A stretch of DNA of 64,000 nt from Clostridia bacterium (GTDB lineage Bacteria > Bacillota > Clostridia > TANB77 > CAG-465), in contig JAZSNU010000020.1 in the NCBI GenBank assembly GCA_045536565.1, positions 81,262 to 145,261 on the forward strand, given 5' to 3'. The translations under genes were made by a program, and so were the position numbers. Shown in pieces: positions 62,006-64,000 of the stretch; position 1 is the first letter of the stretch, and each line of letters opens with the position of its first letter. Below the pieces are notes generated by a model that had not been told where the DNA came from, searched no databases, and worked only from the letters and a program-made list of their open reading frames with translations.

Positions 62006-62371
62006 TTATTTTATATCAGATTTCGCAAATAATGAACAGAAGTATCCAAAAAATACTGCTGCTGCAATACCAGCAGAGGTTGCTTTTACCCCGCCTGTGA
62101 ATATTCCTAAAAAACCAACCTTGTCAATTTCACTCATTACACCCTTTGACAAGGCATAACCAAATCCCGAGATAGGAACGGTAGCGCCAGCACCACCAAA
62201 ATCAACTATATGTTTGTATATACCAAGTCCAGTTAGTATTGCACCTGCGGTTACAAATGTAACAAGAATTCTTGCAGGAGTTAGTTTTGTTTTATCAATT
62301 AGTATTTGACCAATAACGCAGATTAAACCACCTGTTAAAAATACTTTTAAGTATGTTAATAATATATCCAT
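62006..62371 (-). CDS. spoVAE: Stage V sporulation protein AE(b)
   Basis: GGLICVIGQILID.TKLTPARILV, GAGATVP..GFG. Confidence 0.92.
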   Translation of the reverse strand: MDILLTYLKVFLTGGLICVIGQILIDKTKLTPARILVTFVTAGAILTGLGIYKHIVDFGGAGATVPISGFGYALSKGVMSEIDKVGFLGIFTGGVKATSAGIAAAVFFGYFCSLFAKSDIK

Positions 62372-62377
62372 ATAACT

Positions 62378-63394
62378 TTACACCTCGTTTTCAATAGCGA
62401 TTGCGTGAGCAATTGATGGTATAGATTCACCTTGACCAAGTGATACGGGACTCATTAATGCACCCGTTGCAACAAGCAGCACTTTATTTATTTTTTTTGT
62501 TTTTAATAATTCGTATATATATCCGGAAAATACACTAGCGCAGCAACCACAGCCACTACCACCTGCATGCATATCTTGCGTTTCTATATCAAATATCAAT
62601 TTACCACAGTCATTATGATTTGTTTTAATGTCAATCCCTTTATTAGCTAGTAAATCAACCAATATTTTTGAACCTAATGTACCAAGGTCACCTGTTAAAA
62701 TTAAATCGTAATAATCGGGTTTTCTTTTAGTATCTTCTAGATGTGTCAATATTGTATCAAAAGCAGCAGGTGCCATAGCCGCTCCCATGTTTGCTATATC
62801 TTTGATTCCCATATCCACTATTTTTCCTACTGTTGCACAAGTTACAACAGGGCATTTGCGAGAATTGTTGTTTTCAGTGATTAAAGCAGCACCACAACCT
62901 GTTACTGTCCATTGCTGAGATGGACTTCTTTGAGTACCTTGTTCTAGTGGCATTCTAAATTGTCTTTCTGATGAACAGAAATGAGAAGAAGCGGTATTTA
63001 TAACTTTTTTTCCGTATTCTGCATTAACAAAAGAAGAAGCAAGTATCATAGATTCAACAAATGTTGAACATGCACCATATAATCCGAAAAAAGGCATATT
63101 AAGCTCTCTTACAGCATAGCCTGTTGCAATACATTGGTTGAGTAAATCTCCTGCAAATATATAATCTATACTAGAATTGTCGGTAGGAACTTTACTAAGT
63201 AAAATATCCACTGTGTCCATTATCATTTTACTTTCTGCTTTTTCAAAGGTATCTTGCTCATATAAAGCAGTATCAAATTTTTTATCAAAATATATGCTAA
63301 GAGGACCTTCTGATTCTTTTGGACCAACAATAGATGCAGTATTTAATATTTTTGGCTTTTTTTCAAATTCTAAACTTTGTTTTCCAATTTTCAT
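62378..63394 (-). CDS. spoVAD: Stage V sporulation protein AD
   Basis: GDLLNQ, YGACST, SERQFR.P.E, MGAAMAPAA, GGSGCGC. Confidence 0.96.
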   Translation of the reverse strand: MKIGKQSLEFEKKPKILNTASIVGPKESEGPLSIYFDKKFDTALYEQDTFEKAESKMIMDTVDILLSKVPTDNSSIDYIFAGDLLNQCIATGYAVRELNMPFFGLYGACSTFVESMILASSFVNAEYGKKVINTASSHFCSSERQFRMPLEQGTQRSPSQQWTVTGCGAALITENNNSRKCPVVTCATVGKIVDMGIKDIANMGAAMAPAAFDTILTHLEDTKRKPDYYDLILTGDLGTLGSKILVDLLANKGIDIKTNHNDCGKLIFDIETQDMHAGGSGCGCCASVFSGYIYELLKTKKINKVLLVATGALMSPVSLGQGESIPSIAHAIAIENEV

Positions 63395-63406
63395 ATAAAC
63401 CTCCTG

Positions 63407-63868
63407 TTATATCATTTTTATTAGCCAATATATAAAGCCAACGATAGATGATGTGCAAATTCCATATACTAGTACAGGACCTGCAACTTTAAACATATTT
63501 GCGCCAATTCCTAATATATATCCTTCTGTTTTAAATTCAATAGCAGGCGAAACAATAGAATTTGAAAATCCTGTTATAGGTACAATAGAACCTGCACCAG
63601 CATGTTTCCCTATTTTTGCATATAACTTAAATGCAGTAAGTAGTGCCGCTATTAATATAAGGAGAATAGTTGAATAGGTAGATGCTGTTTTGAATGAAAA
63701 ATCAAAATAGTTTTGAAAAATATCAGTAAATATTTGACCAATAACACAGATTAATCCACCTACTAAGAAAGCACAAATACAGTCTTTAACTATTGGGCTT
63801 TTTTTTGAGTGCGCATCTACATAGTCTGAATATTCTTGCTCGCTCATATCTAATTTTGTATAATTCAT
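63407..63868 (-). CDS. spoVAC: Stage V sporulation protein AC
   Basis: AFLVGGLIC, AGAGSIVPITGF, MFKVAGPVLVYG. Confidence 0.94.
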   Translation of the reverse strand: MNYTKLDMSEQEYSDYVDAHSKKSPIVKDCICAFLVGGLICVIGQIFTDIFQNYFDFSFKTASTYSTILLILIAALLTAFKLYAKIGKHAGAGSIVPITGFSNSIVSPAIEFKTEGYILGIGANMFKVAGPVLVYGICTSSIVGFIYWLIKMI

Positions 63869-63883
63869 AATTATCACCAAAAA

Positions 63884-63913
63884 TATTATTTGGAAAAATT
63901 TAAAAAAATATTC
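63884..63913 (-). promoter_or_regulatory. Sigma-G-like promoter of spoVA
   Basis: GAATA-18-AATAATA upstream of spoVAC, an operon known to be forespore-expressed. Confidence 0.45.
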
Positions 63914-64000
63914 AAACAAAAAGAATTTTAAAAAAATATATTGAAAGAAAAATATTCAAAGTGCAAAAATAATATTTCAAAGTGCAAAAATTGCACTTTG

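Overview
Very AT-rich chromosomal segment of a spore-forming Clostridia-class Firmicute (spoVAC-AD-AE, Coat F-like genes, ricT, mecA, walRK-like pair, gdpP). Compact, stripped-down operons suggest a reduced-genome lineage (inference). Most of the window is housekeeping: dnaD/dnaC-like loader, gyrA, SRP RNA-dnaX-ybaB-recR, metG, holB, ppdK, ruvA, ftsEX, rpsF-ssb-rpsR-gdpP-rplI-dnaB-tilS-ftsH, tyrS, tRNA-Pro(TGG) and tRNA-Leu(TAA). Less ordinary parts: (1) pieces of a Tad/Flp pilus and TrbL/PrgI-like conjugation machinery scattered among core genes without integrase or relaxase, two of them apparently starting at ATT/ATC; (2) an islet after tRNA-Leu with a type II R-M system whose nuclease is split by one extra base that creates a CGG codon, then a protein with 39-bp repeats and 18 EDK motifs coupled to a FemX-family aminoacyl transferase; (3) a murL-murD2 D-Glu pathway behind recR; (4) a doubled RelA/SpoT-type HD hydrolase with a degenerate second domain, and an HD-GYP protein whose receiver lacks the phospho-Asp; (5) a hairpin-rich 5' leader before an orphan gene. 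All family calls come from motif recognition by eye; no searches were run.
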